From an uncultured Spirochaetota bacterium (GTDB taxonomy: Bacteria > Spirochaetota > Spirochaetia > Treponematales > UBA12059): 64,000 nt of DNA. Positions 1 through 9,029 of this stretch are shown here, piece after piece. Within the stretch, counting starts at the first letter, position 1. Each line of letters starts with the position of its first letter. Where the stretch lies: the NCBI GenBank assembly GCA_937873275.1, contig CALMRC010000087.1:8816-72815 (forward strand), written 5' to 3'. The notes below the pieces were generated by a model. That model did not search any database. It had not been told where the DNA came from and saw only the letters and a list, made by a program, of their open reading frames with translations. Both the position numbers and the translations under genes were made by a program.

Positions 1-266
1 ACATGGTCTGCGCCATCCTTCCCCTGGTGCCGGGAAGCGGGATGTACAACACCATGCTCCAGTCCGTCCGGGGCGACTTTCCGGGCACCCTGGCGATCGG
101 GTTCGCGACCCTCCAGGCGGCGGGCGCCATCGCGGCGGGCCTGGCCGTGTCCAGCGCCCTGGCCCGACTGGCGTCCCAGGTCGCGACCTCCCGCAGGAGG
201 CGGGGAGGCACTCCGGGCGACCGGGAAAACGGCGACGAACCCGCCGGATGGGTCAGCGCGAAGTAG
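1..266 (+). CDS. threonine/serine exporter (ThrE) family membrane protein, C-terminal fragment; 5' end outside window
   Basis: ORF 3..266 is open to the window edge. Hydrophobic C-terminus with an LVPGSGMYNT-type motif that I associate with ThrE/YjjB exporters. Confidence 0.55.
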   Translation, partial: MVCAILPLVPGSGMYNTMLQSVRGDFPGTLAIGFATLQAAGAIAAGLAVSSALARLASQVATSRRRRGGTPGDRENGDEPAGWVSAK

Positions 267-308
267 ATCCGGAACGTCCGGGTCGGTGCCGCCCGGTCGG
301 GCGACCGG

Positions 309-956
309 CTAGCATGGGGATCCAGGCAGGGACGCCTCCAGGCCGAGGTCTCCCGACAGGCGCGCGAGGAAATCCCTCGCGGTGCCGGGCAGGGCCGGCG
401 CCGAGGCCAGGAACGCCCGGGTCACGGCCAGGTCCGTCCGCATGGCCGGCAGTCCCCGGGCGGCGTATTCCGTCAGGGCGTCCAGGTAGCCCAAGACGGA
501 GGCGAGCAGGGGCGGATCCCCGTTCCTCAGGCCGAGCAGGGCTTCCTCGAAGTCCCGGACCGCCCCGCCCCGGCCTTCCTCGAGCCGATCCAAGGCCGTC
601 TCCAGGCGATACCGGGCGTACTCGTACCGGAGCCGCTCCTTCTCGTGCCGGGGGATCTTCGGGAACCCCCGCCGCCGGAGAACCCCCAGGGCGGCGAAAA
701 CCGGAACCGCGTCCCCGCCGGGCAGGCCCGTGTCCGGGTCCCCGCGGCGGGGCGCTCTCCGGACGCCGAAGCGGTGGGCCTCGAAATTGCTCAGCGCCGA
801 CTCGTACTCCGCCCGGACCCGGACGAATTCCTCCTGGGCCCCGTGACCGGCAAGATCCGGGTGGGTCGCCTTGGCCAGCGCCTTGAACTCCGACTTGAGC
901 TGGCCGGGGGTCCGGATATCCCCGTCCCGGATGCGCCGGGCGAACCGGTTCGGCAT
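309..956 (-). CDS. J-domain protein (DnaJ-like N-terminus only)
   Basis: 215 aa. HPD tripeptide in KALAKATHPDLAG. SD GAGGAG about 11 nt upstream. Lies 24 nt downstream of the DUF362 gene on the same strand. Confidence 0.75.
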   Translation of the reverse strand: MPNRFARRIRDGDIRTPGQLKSEFKALAKATHPDLAGHGAQEEFVRVRAEYESALSNFEAHRFGVRRAPRRGDPDTGLPGGDAVPVFAALGVLRRRGFPKIPRHEKERLRYEYARYRLETALDRLEEGRGGAVRDFEEALLGLRNGDPPLLASVLGYLDALTEYAARGLPAMRTDLAVTRAFLASAPALPGTARDFLARLSGDLGLEASLPGSPC

Positions 957-980
957 GCGCTCCCGCTCTCCTCGCCCCGA

Positions 981-2093
981 TTAAACCTTGACGAGGTCGT
1001 ACCGGCGGCTGCCCAGGCCCATGCGGACGCAGTGGTCCAGGGTCGCGCTCCAGTCCGTGTCGGGATGGATGTGCCCGAATTTCTCCCCCGCGCCGGCGTA
1101 GGCCTTGTCCGTGAGGGCCGTTCCGCCCGTGGCGGGCGCCGCGTTCACGGCGTCCACGCAGGCCTGGTCCAGGGCGACGGGATCCGGGGACGCGAAAATC
1201 CCGATGTCCGCGACGACCGGGGCGTCGTTGTGGGCCCAGCAGTCGCAATTGGGCGAGACGTTCATCACGAAGTTCACGTGGAAGCAGGGTTTGCCCCGGA
1301 CCACCGCGGCGGTGTACTCCGCGATGCGCTCCCCGCAGACGACGCTGGCGGATCCGTCCGAAGCCCGGGCGGCTCCGTAGGCGCAGACCGCCACGCACTG
1401 GCAACAGCCCGTGCACAGTTTGTGGTCGATCACGGCCTTGCCTCCGGAATCCAGGGTCACCGCCTCGGCCGCGCAGTTCGACACGCAGGTCCCGCAACCC
1501 GTGCAGTCCGCCGTCAGGATCGTCGGGTGGGATACTTCATGGAGGAACCGCTTGCCCGCGCGGCTCGCGCATCCCATCCCGAGGTTCTTGATAGCCCCCC
1601 CGAATCCCGTCACCTCGTGCCCCTTGAAGTGGTTCAGGGAGAGGATGGCGTCCGCCTCCGCGACCGCGGAGGCGATCATGGCGGAGGAGCAGTGCCTCCC
1701 GCCCTCGACGGGTACCGAAAGGAAGTCGTTTCCGCGGAGGCCGTCGGCGATCAGGATATCGCAGCCGGTGGCGTCCCGGGAGAACCCGTTCTCCAGGGCC
1801 GCCCGGACGTGGTCGTACGCGTTGTGCCGACGTCCGGAATACAGGGTGTTCGCGTCGGTGAGAAAGGGCCTCCCCCCGAGCTCCCGCACGAGCCGGGCCA
1901 CGGGGGCCACGTAGGGTGGTCGGATATAGGAGAGATTTCCCGGTTCGCCGAAATGGATCTTCAGGGCGACATACTTCTTCTTAAGATCCAGTCCGCCCAT
2001 GCCCGCGGCCCGCAGGAGCCGATCGAGCTTGACCGGAAGGGAATCATCGGGAGTGGTCCTCAAATCCGTCCAGTGCACCCGGGAATCCGACAT
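981..2093 (-). CDS. DUF362-type iron-sulfur protein with two 4Fe-4S ferredoxin motifs
   Basis: 370 aa. CTGCGTCVSNC and CTGCCQCVAVC (two CxxCxxCxxxC motifs). The N-terminal half resembles DUF362. Confidence 0.85.
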   Translation of the reverse strand: MSDSRVHWTDLRTTPDDSLPVKLDRLLRAAGMGGLDLKKKYVALKIHFGEPGNLSYIRPPYVAPVARLVRELGGRPFLTDANTLYSGRRHNAYDHVRAALENGFSRDATGCDILIADGLRGNDFLSVPVEGGRHCSSAMIASAVAEADAILSLNHFKGHEVTGFGGAIKNLGMGCASRAGKRFLHEVSHPTILTADCTGCGTCVSNCAAEAVTLDSGGKAVIDHKLCTGCCQCVAVCAYGAARASDGSASVVCGERIAEYTAAVVRGKPCFHVNFVMNVSPNCDCWAHNDAPVVADIGIFASPDPVALDQACVDAVNAAPATGGTALTDKAYAGAGEKFGHIHPDTDWSATLDHCVRMGLGSRRYDLVKV

Positions 2094-2280
2094 TCGCCAT
2101 GCCTCCGAGATTGGAATAGGTTCGAGCGCACTATACCCCGGGAACGGCTTTTAGGAAACTCTATCGGTCCGAATCTTGTTTACGACCGGTCCGGGGCGTG
2201 CTATCCTTTCCCGAAAATCGCGTATTCCGGGTTCCGGATCCGCGGATGCAGATCGTCGAACGTAGTTGCAGGAGGCTTCC

Positions 2281-3276
2281 ATGAAGAGAATCGTGGCGTT
2301 GCTCCTGGTCCTCGCCTTGGTTGGCGGGGCCGTGTACGGAGCTCCCAAGTCCAAGGTCAAGATCGCCCTGATCATCGAATCCACCGTGGACGACAAGGGC
2401 TGGGGTCAGGCCATGCACGACGCCATCGCCGCGGTCCAGAAGAAGTACGGATCCGCCCTGGTGGAATACAACTACAGCGAGAAGATGAAGCCCGTGGACG
2501 CCGGCTCCGCGGCCCGGCAGTACGCCTCCCGGGGCTTCGACATCATCATCGCCCACGGCGCCCAGTTCAAGAACCTGATCCTGGAACTGTCCGAGGAGTT
2601 CCCCAAGACCACCTTCGCCTTCGGCACGAACGCGGACATCGGCCCGAAGAACGTCTTCACCTACATGCCCATGAGCGAGGAGACGGGCTACATCAACGGC
2701 GTGATCGCCGGCATGGTCACCAAGACCGGCATCATCGGCGTCGTGGGTCCCGTGGACGCGGGGGATTCCGCCCGGTACAACCGCGGGTTCTGGCTGGGCG
2801 TCAAGTCCGTGAATCCCAAGGCCGAGATCAAGGTAGCCCACACCGGTTCCTTCGCCGACTACGTGAAGGCCGCCGAACTGGCCCACACCCACATCAAGGC
2901 CAACGCAGACGTCCTGACCGGCGCCGCCCAGCAGGCCACCGGGGCCCTCCGGGCCGTGGCGGAATACAAGGACAAGCCCATCTGGTGGCTCGGCCAGGAC
3001 ACCCTCCAGCTGACCATGCCCGAGGGCTACAAGGTCATCGCGGCCGCCAGCTACGACTACGCAGCGGTCGTGGAGGCCATGATCGACAAGCGCCAGGACG
3101 GCACCCTGGGCGGGGAGAACATCCCCCTCACCTTCCGGAACGGCGGATTCATCTACAAGTTCAACGACTCCGTAGGTTCCGTCCTGACCGCGGCGATCCG
3201 CAAGGCCGCCGAACAGGCCAAGGCCGACATCACCGCCCAGAAGCTCAAGATCGACTGGCAGGCCGTAAAGTACTGA
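2281..3276 (+). CDS. BMP-family (basic membrane protein/PnrA-like) ABC substrate-binding protein
   Basis: In-frame ATG at 2281 preceded by GCAGGAGG. Signal peptide MKRIVALLLVLALVGGAVYG. First gene of an SBP-ATPase-permease-permease operon. Confidence 0.9.
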   Translation: MKRIVALLLVLALVGGAVYGAPKSKVKIALIIESTVDDKGWGQAMHDAIAAVQKKYGSALVEYNYSEKMKPVDAGSAARQYASRGFDIIIAHGAQFKNLILELSEEFPKTTFAFGTNADIGPKNVFTYMPMSEETGYINGVIAGMVTKTGIIGVVGPVDAGDSARYNRGFWLGVKSVNPKAEIKVAHTGSFADYVKAAELAHTHIKANADVLTGAAQQATGALRAVAEYKDKPIWWLGQDTLQLTMPEGYKVIAAASYDYAAVVEAMIDKRQDGTLGGENIPLTFRNGGFIYKFNDSVGSVLTAAIRKAAEQAKADITAQKLKIDWQAVKY

Positions 3277-3285
3277 TAAATCCAA

Positions 3286-3316
3286 GGGGCTCCCGGGGCC
3301 GTCGCCCCGGGGCCCC
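3286..3316 (+). other. intercistronic GC hairpin directly after the SBP gene
   Basis: GGGGCTCCCGGGGC-CGTC-GCCCCGGGGCCCC (one bulge). No U-tract, so it looks more like an mRNA-stabilising or decay-barrier hairpin than a terminator. Confidence 0.4.
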
Positions 3317-3332
3317 GGTTCCGGGAGCTTCC

Positions 3333-4865
3333 ATGCCCTTCGAACCCATCCGCAGCCTCGAGCTTCGGGGCATCACGAAACGTTTTCCGGGGATCCTCGC
3401 CTGCGACCACATCGACCTGACCGTGGGCGAGCACTCGGTGCGCGCCCTCGTCGGGGAGAACGGCGCGGGCAAGACGACCCTCATGAACATCCTGATGGGC
3501 CTCTACCAGCCCGACGAGGGGCGGATCCTGATCAACGGCCGGGAGGTCCGGTTCCGGTCCCCGAACGACGCCTTCGCCCACGGGATCGGCATGGTGCACC
3601 AGCACTTCATGCTGGTCCCCAACATGACGGTGGCGGAAAACGTCGCCCTGGGGATGAAATCGTCCCATCGGCCGGGACGCCTGGACCTGGGTTCCGTCCG
3701 GAAGCGAATCCTGGAGATCTCCGAGCGCCACGAGCTCCCGGTGAATCCCGACGCCTACGTCTGGCAGCTCTCGGTAGGGGAACAGCAGCGGGTGGAGCTG
3801 GTGAAAACCCTCTGTCTGGGGGCCCGCTTCCTGATCCTGGACGAACCGACCTCGGCGCTGACGCCCCAGGAGACGGACGAACTCATCGAGCTCCTCAAGA
3901 AGATGTCCCGGGAACTGTCCGTGATTTTCATCAGCCACAAGCTCCACGAGGTCAAGGCCCTGTCCGACACGGTCTCGATTCTCCGCAGGGGCCGGATCGT
4001 CTTCGAAGGGCGCACCGAGGACCATTCCCCCGCGGACCTGGCCGCCCTCATGACGGGACACGAGGTGGCCCTCCCCTGCGTGGAATGCTCGGACGCGCCG
4101 CGGCCCGGGGGACCGGGGCTCCTGTACGTCCGGGACCTGCGGGTCCGGGGAGACCGAGGCAACCGGGCCCTGGACGGAGTCAGCCTCGACGTGTACTCCG
4201 GCGAGATCCTCGGCCTGGCCGGCGTTTCGGGCAACGGCCAGCGGGAACTCGCGGAGACCCTGAACGGCCTCCGCAAGCCCGAGTCCGGTTCCGTCCGGCT
4301 GGACGGAGTCGAGCTGGGAGGCTGCGGCGCGGACGCGGTGATCGCCGCCGGCATGGGCTACATCCCCGAGGACCGGAACACCGAGGGAATCGTTCCCTCC
4401 TTCTCGGTCCGGGAAAACCTGGTCCTCAAGGACGTGGGCACCGGCGGATGGAGCCGCGCCGGTTTCCTCCGGTTGGGACCCATCTCCCGCAACGCCGCCA
4501 CCCTGCGGGAGAGCTTCGACATCCGGTGCCCCTCGGTGGATACCGCCGCCGGCTCCCTGTCGGGAGGCAACATCCAGAAGGTCATCCTGGCCCGGGAGCT
4601 GTCCCGCCGCCCGAAGGCCCTGGTGGCGGTCTATCCCACCCGGGGCCTGGACATGGGAGCCGAGGAGTTCATCCACAAGCAGCTCCTGGCCCGGCGGGCC
4701 GAAGGGGCCGCGATCCTCCTCATATCCGAGGAACTGGACGAGATCATGAACCTGTCGGACCGGATCGCGGTCATCTACAAAGGCAGGATCCTCAAGGTAG
4801 TCCCCGGCCGCGAGGCCACCAAGCGTTCCCTGGGACTCCTGATGGCCGGAGTCCTCGATGAATAA
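3333..4865 (+). CDS. ABC transporter ATP-binding protein with tandem nucleotide-binding domains
   Basis: C-terminal 510 aa of the artefactual 645..4865 ORF. Walker A GENGAGKTT and GVSGNGQRE. Signatures LSVGEQQR and LSGGNIQK. Confidence 0.9.
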   Translation: MPFEPIRSLELRGITKRFPGILACDHIDLTVGEHSVRALVGENGAGKTTLMNILMGLYQPDEGRILINGREVRFRSPNDAFAHGIGMVHQHFMLVPNMTVAENVALGMKSSHRPGRLDLGSVRKRILEISERHELPVNPDAYVWQLSVGEQQRVELVKTLCLGARFLILDEPTSALTPQETDELIELLKKMSRELSVIFISHKLHEVKALSDTVSILRRGRIVFEGRTEDHSPADLAALMTGHEVALPCVECSDAPRPGGPGLLYVRDLRVRGDRGNRALDGVSLDVYSGEILGLAGVSGNGQRELAETLNGLRKPESGSVRLDGVELGGCGADAVIAAGMGYIPEDRNTEGIVPSFSVRENLVLKDVGTGGWSRAGFLRLGPISRNAATLRESFDIRCPSVDTAAGSLSGGNIQKVILARELSRRPKALVAVYPTRGLDMGAEEFIHKQLLARRAEGAAILLISEELDEIMNLSDRIAVIYKGRILKVVPGREATKRSLGLLMAGVLDE

Positions 4866-6075
4866 GTCGATGAAGGCGGTCTACAACGCCGTCGTTATCC
4901 TGGCCGCCGCCGCCGCGGCCCTGGGCGTCGGGGCCCTGGTCTTTGCGGCCGTCGGCGCCGACATCGCCAAGGCCTATACCGTGATCCTCACGGAGCCCCT
5001 GAAGGACCTCATCGGCTTGACCGAGATCGCGGTCCGGGCGATCCCCCTGACCCTGATCGCCCTGGGAATCGCGATCGCGTTCCGGAGCGGCACCCTCAAC
5101 ATCGGGGCCGAGGGCCAGATGATGATGGGGATCCTGGCCGCCAGCGCCACGGCCATCGCCCTGCCGGATTTGCCCAAGCCCGTCCTCCTGCCCCTGGCCG
5201 TCCTGGCCGGTGCGGCGGGAGGGGCCGTGTGGGGCACCGCCGCGGGTATCCTGAAGGCCCGCCTGGGTGTGAACGAGATCCTATCCACGGTGATGCTCAA
5301 CTACATCGCCGCCCAATTCTATACCTTCCTGCTCCGGGGACCCATGATGGATCCCGAGGAGCTGGTCACGGGGTCCGGCACTCCCCAGACCGTCCGGATC
5401 CCCCGGGCCGCCTGGCTGGATCGCCTTATTCCCGGCACACGGTTGCACGCCGGGGCCTTCCTGGCCCTGGCCCTGGCGGTCCTGGTGTTCATTCTCCTGT
5501 GGCGTACCTCCGCGGGCTTCCGAATGCGGGCGGCCGGCGCGGAGGCCAAGGCGGCCCGGTACGCGGGCATCCGGGTGGAGCGGTACGTCGTGGCCGCCAT
5601 GCTGCTCTCCGGGGCCTTCGCGGGAATCGCCGGGGCCGTGGAGATCCTGGGAGTCCACCGCCGGGCCATCGAGGGCGTCTCCGGGGGATACGGTTTCACG
5701 GGGATCGTGGTCTCCCTGTTCGGGGGGCTCCATCCCGCGGGAATCGTCCCGGCGTCCCTCTTCTTCGGTCTCCTCCTACTGGGGGCGGACATGACCCAGC
5801 GGCTCGCGGACGTCCCCGCGAACATGGTCCTCGTCCTCCAGGGCGCCATCATCCTGGCCATCGTCTCGGCCCGGCAGTTCATGAACAATCCCTACGTCCA
5901 GGATCGGCTCGCCCGAAAACTGTCCCGGCTCCTGGGAAAACCCGCCCCGAACCCGCCCGCTGGTTCCCGGGAGGCTTGCCCGGATCCTTCCGACTCCCCG
6001 GACCCCTGCCTGGCCGACGAGGCCGAACCCCGGACAGGCGGCGGATCCCCCGCCGAAACGGAGGAGCACCGATGA
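4858..6075 (+). CDS. ABC transporter permease (BMP/nucleoside-sugar type)
   Basis: 405 aa, multi-TM. ATG overlaps the upstream stop by 8 nt. Pro/Asp-rich C-terminal tail. Confidence 0.85.
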   Translation: MNKSMKAVYNAVVILAAAAAALGVGALVFAAVGADIAKAYTVILTEPLKDLIGLTEIAVRAIPLTLIALGIAIAFRSGTLNIGAEGQMMMGILAASATAIALPDLPKPVLLPLAVLAGAAGGAVWGTAAGILKARLGVNEILSTVMLNYIAAQFYTFLLRGPMMDPEELVTGSGTPQTVRIPRAAWLDRLIPGTRLHAGAFLALALAVLVFILLWRTSAGFRMRAAGAEAKAARYAGIRVERYVVAAMLLSGAFAGIAGAVEILGVHRRAIEGVSGGYGFTGIVVSLFGGLHPAGIVPASLFFGLLLLGADMTQRLADVPANMVLVLQGAIILAIVSARQFMNNPYVQDRLARKLSRLLGKPAPNPPAGSREACPDPSDSPDPCLADEAEPRTGGGSPAETEEHR

Positions 6076-7022
6076 GCGCCGGATCCTTCATCCTGAACAT
6101 CCTCATCCTGGGGGTTCCGTTCTCCGTGGCCCTCCTCCTGGCCGGCCTCGGGGAGACGATCAACCAGCGCGCCGGCGTCTTCAACCTGGGCTGCGAGGGC
6201 ATCATGGCCATGGGGGCCTTCCTGGCCTTCCTGCCTCCATACTTCCTGGCGGATACCCCCCTGGCCGGATCCGCGAACCTGATCGGCCTGCTCCTGGCGA
6301 TCGGTGCCGGGGTCCTGTTGGGTCTCCTCTTCGCGCTGGTGGTTGTGACCTTCCGGGCGCCCCAGGGGATCGCCGGGATCGGGCTTCAAATGCTGGGCTG
6401 GGGAACCGCGGGTACCCTGTTCCGCAAATACGTCGGAGGAGTGACCGGCGTCGCGGGCATAGCGCCCCTACCGATTCCGGGACTATCGCGCATCCCGATC
6501 CTCGGTCCCATCCTGTTCAACCACAATCCCCTGGTCTACCTGGCCTTCCTGCTCGTGCCCGTCTTCTGGTATGTCCTGTTCAAGACACCCTGGGGTCTAA
6601 AGGTGAGGGCCGTGGGAACCTACCCCCGGGCCGCGGATTCCCTGGGAATTCCCGTCGCCCGGGTCCGATACCAGGCCCTGGCCGTGGGGGGCGCCATGGC
6701 TGGCCTTGCGGGAGCCTACCTCAGCCTGGCCCAGGCCAAGATGTTCGCCGACGACCTCATCGCGGGGCGAGGCTTCATCGCCGTGGCCCTGGTGTATTTC
6801 GGCCGATGGAATCCCGTGGGGGTCCTGGGCGGCGCCCTCCTGTTCAGCCTGGCCCAGTCCCTCCAGCTTTCGATCCAGGTGGCGGGCATCGATTTCCCCT
6901 ACGAGTTCGCGGTCATGCTTCCCTACGCCCTGGTGATCCTGGTCCTCGCCCTGGTGCGGAAGTCCCGTATGGCGGGTCCCGCCGAGCTGGGCCGCCCCTT
7001 CGACCGGGAACAGCGGGTCTAG
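6072..7022 (+). CDS. ABC transporter permease (second subunit)
   Basis: In-frame ATG at 6072 forms an ATGA overlap with the upstream stop. 316 aa, multi-TM (MSAGSFILNILILGVPFSVALLLAGLGE...). Confidence 0.85.
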   Translation: MSAGSFILNILILGVPFSVALLLAGLGETINQRAGVFNLGCEGIMAMGAFLAFLPPYFLADTPLAGSANLIGLLLAIGAGVLLGLLFALVVVTFRAPQGIAGIGLQMLGWGTAGTLFRKYVGGVTGVAGIAPLPIPGLSRIPILGPILFNHNPLVYLAFLLVPVFWYVLFKTPWGLKVRAVGTYPRAADSLGIPVARVRYQALAVGGAMAGLAGAYLSLAQAKMFADDLIAGRGFIAVALVYFGRWNPVGVLGGALLFSLAQSLQLSIQVAGIDFPYEFAVMLPYALVILVLALVRKSRMAGPAELGRPFDREQRV

Positions 7023-7043
7023 GCGCCGAGAACCACGTCTTCG

Positions 7044-7069
7044 AGCCCCGGGAAACCGGGGCTTCTTTT
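7044..7069 (+). terminator. intrinsic terminator after the BMP ABC operon
   Basis: AGCCCCGG-GAAA-CCGGGGCT (8-bp stem, GNRA loop) followed by TCTTTTC. Confidence 0.7.
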
Positions 7070-7078
7070 CGACAGGAC

Positions 7079-7118
7079 TTGCCAAAGACCCTCTCCTCCG
7101 CGATAGTTGCATCTGCAA
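7079..7118 (+). promoter_or_regulatory. putative promoter TTGCCA-17-GATAGT with overlapping palindrome TTGCA-TC-TGCAA (candidate MarR operator)
   Basis: -35 at 7079-7084, -10 at 7102-7107. Inverted repeat at 7107-7118, extendable to about 20 bp imperfect. Upstream of the MATE-MarR pair. Confidence 0.4.
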
Positions 7119-7137
7119 TCATTTTCGGGGAGGTTTC

Positions 7138-8562
7138 GTGACCGCATCGAGGGATCCCGAAGAACGCTTCCTGCGCATGACGACCCGGCCGGTGGACCGG
7201 CTGATCCCGGGGCTGGCGGTGCCCACCATGGTCAGCATGATGGTCACCGCGTTCTACAACATGGCGGACACGTATTTCGTGGGCCGGATTTCCACGAGCG
7301 CCACCGGCGCGGTCGGCATCGTATTTCCCCTGATGACCATCCTCCAGGTCATCGGGATGACCCTGGGCGTGGGCTCCGGCAGCTTCGCGGCCCGTCAACT
7401 GGGAGCCCGAAGGCCGGACCGGGCGGCCGACGCGGCCTCCACCGCCTTCTTCACGGCCCTGATCTGCGGGCTCTTGCTGACGGTTGCCGGGGAAATCCTC
7501 CTGGAGCCGTTCATGCTCCTCCTGGGATCCACCCCGACGATCCTGCCCTACGCAGCGGCCTACGGCGGTCTCGTCCTTACCGGGGCGCCCTTCGTCGCGG
7601 CGTCCTTCGTGATGAACGTGAATCTTAGGTCCGAGGGCAGCGCGGTCCTGGCCATGATCGGGATCTCCGCCGGGGCGGTCGTGAACATCGCCCTGGATCC
7701 CCTGTTCATGTTCGTCCTGGGCATGGGCATACGGGGAGCCGCCGCGGCCACCGTCCTGAGCCAAATTCTGAGCTTCGCCATCCTGCTGTCCCACTACCGC
7801 CGCAGGAAAAGCGCCCTCCGCATCACCTTCCGGGGGGCGTCCTTCAGCCGGTCGATATACGCCGAGATCCTCGCGGGCGGCCTGCCCACCCTTTTCCGAC
7901 AGTCCGTGTCCATCCTCGGAGCCGTCGTCCTGAACACCGCGGCCCGGACCTACGGGGACGCCGCGGTGGCGGGAATGTCCGTGGTCACCCGGATCATGCT
8001 GTTCATGACCTCCGCCATGATCGGGTTCGGCCAGGGGTTCCAGCCCGTGGCCGCCTTCAACTACGCGGCCGGCCTCACGCACCGGGTCCGGGCGGCCTTC
8101 TGGTATTCCGTCCGGATCGGGGCCCTCTTCCTCTCCGCGTTCTCGGTCCTGATCCTCTCCTTCGCGCCGGAAGTCCTGCGGATGTTCCGGGACGACCCGG
8201 AAGTGATCCGGATCGGCGCCCGGGCCCTGCGGTTCCAGGCCGCCACCCTGCCCCTCACGTCCTTCATCGTGATCTCGAACATGATGTTCCAGTACATCGG
8301 CAAACCCGTGCAGGCGTCCGTTCTCGCCCTGTCCCGCCAGGGTCTGGCCTTCGTCCCCGCCGTCCTCGTGCTGTCCCGGCTCTTCGGCCTGGCGGGAATC
8401 CAGGTCAGCCAGTCCGTGGCGGACTTGGCGACCTTCCTGGCGGCGGTGCCCCTGGCGGCGGCTACCCTGCGGACCTTCCGGTCCGGGAATCCGGCCCGGG
8501 GATCCGGGACCGGGGGTACACCGGCGGGCTCGCCGTCCGGGATACCCGGGGAGGTCCCGTGA
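7138..8562 (+). CDS. MATE family efflux transporter
   Basis: 474 aa. GTG start after GGGGAGG. 12-TM-like profile with an N-terminus typical of MATE (VPTMVSMMVTAFYNMADTYFVGR). Confidence 0.9.
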   Translation: MTASRDPEERFLRMTTRPVDRLIPGLAVPTMVSMMVTAFYNMADTYFVGRISTSATGAVGIVFPLMTILQVIGMTLGVGSGSFAARQLGARRPDRAADAASTAFFTALICGLLLTVAGEILLEPFMLLLGSTPTILPYAAAYGGLVLTGAPFVAASFVMNVNLRSEGSAVLAMIGISAGAVVNIALDPLFMFVLGMGIRGAAAATVLSQILSFAILLSHYRRRKSALRITFRGASFSRSIYAEILAGGLPTLFRQSVSILGAVVLNTAARTYGDAAVAGMSVVTRIMLFMTSAMIGFGQGFQPVAAFNYAAGLTHRVRAAFWYSVRIGALFLSAFSVLILSFAPEVLRMFRDDPEVIRIGARALRFQAATLPLTSFIVISNMMFQYIGKPVQASVLALSRQGLAFVPAVLVLSRLFGLAGIQVSQSVADLATFLAAVPLAAATLRTFRSGNPARGSGTGGTPAGSPSGIPGEVP

Positions 8563-9029
8563 CCCGGCGACCGACGATCCTGCGCCACATCTCGATCCTG
8601 TACCGGCACAGCCAGATTCATATGAACCGGAGTCTCCGAGGCCTCGGACTGGGCGCCGGTCCGTACCCCTTCCTCCTCGCGGTGAACCGCCGGCCGGGTA
8701 TGAGCCAGGACGAATTGGCCGAGGATCTCGCCATGGACCGGGGCACCACCGCCCGGGCCGTACGGGACTTGGAGAAGGCCGGTTACCTGGTCCGCTCCGG
8801 GGATCCCCGGGACAGACGGGTTCAGCGTCTGTCGGTCACCGAATCGGGAACCGGCATGGTCGAGCTTCTGGATGAACTTCTGAGGAGCTGGATGGAGGTT
8901 CTGTTCTCGGGATTCACGGATCCGGAGCGGGCAGCGGCCCGGGATCTGGTCGAGCGGATGTCGGAGAACGCCCGGACCCGGCTGTCCGGGGAATCGGGAC
9001 CGTCCCTCAGAGCTTCCAGCCGACCATGA
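8559..9029 (+). CDS. MarR family transcriptional regulator
   Basis: 156 aa. GTGA overlap with the MATE stop. Winged-helix core (MSQDELAEDLAMDRGTTARAVRDLEKAGYLVR...DRRVQRLSVT). Confidence 0.85.
   Translation: MTRRPTILRHISILYRHSQIHMNRSLRGLGLGAGPYPFLLAVNRRPGMSQDELAEDLAMDRGTTARAVRDLEKAGYLVRSGDPRDRRVQRLSVTESGTGMVELLDELLRSWMEVLFSGFTDPERAAARDLVERMSENARTRLSGESGPSLRASSRP

Noticed and set aside
2094-2280. Possible riboswitch (purine or ykkC-like) in the leader of the BMP nucleoside-type ABC operon. Long-range complementarity exists (GCAC..CCCCGG at ~2128-2141 against CCGGGG..GTGC at ~2191-2200), with an inner CGGTC/GACCG stem and a GGTCCGA string.
   Set aside because: The region does not match the conserved cores I remember for purine, ykkC/guanidine, PRPP or ZTP classes. 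The 5' arm overlaps the only plausible -10 region, so it may not be transcribed. An Rfam or covariance scan would be needed, so I make no claim.
645-3332. N-terminal ~900 codons of the 1406-aa ORF 645..4865, together with overlapping ORFs 248..886(+) and 253..1497(-).
   Set aside because: The translation is Arg/Gly/Pro-rich and low in complexity, with no motifs. It runs antisense to, or out of frame with, the well-supported J-domain, DUF362 and BMP genes. This is the typical open shadow frame of high-GC DNA. Only the last 510 codons (from the ATG at 3333) form a real ABC ATPase.
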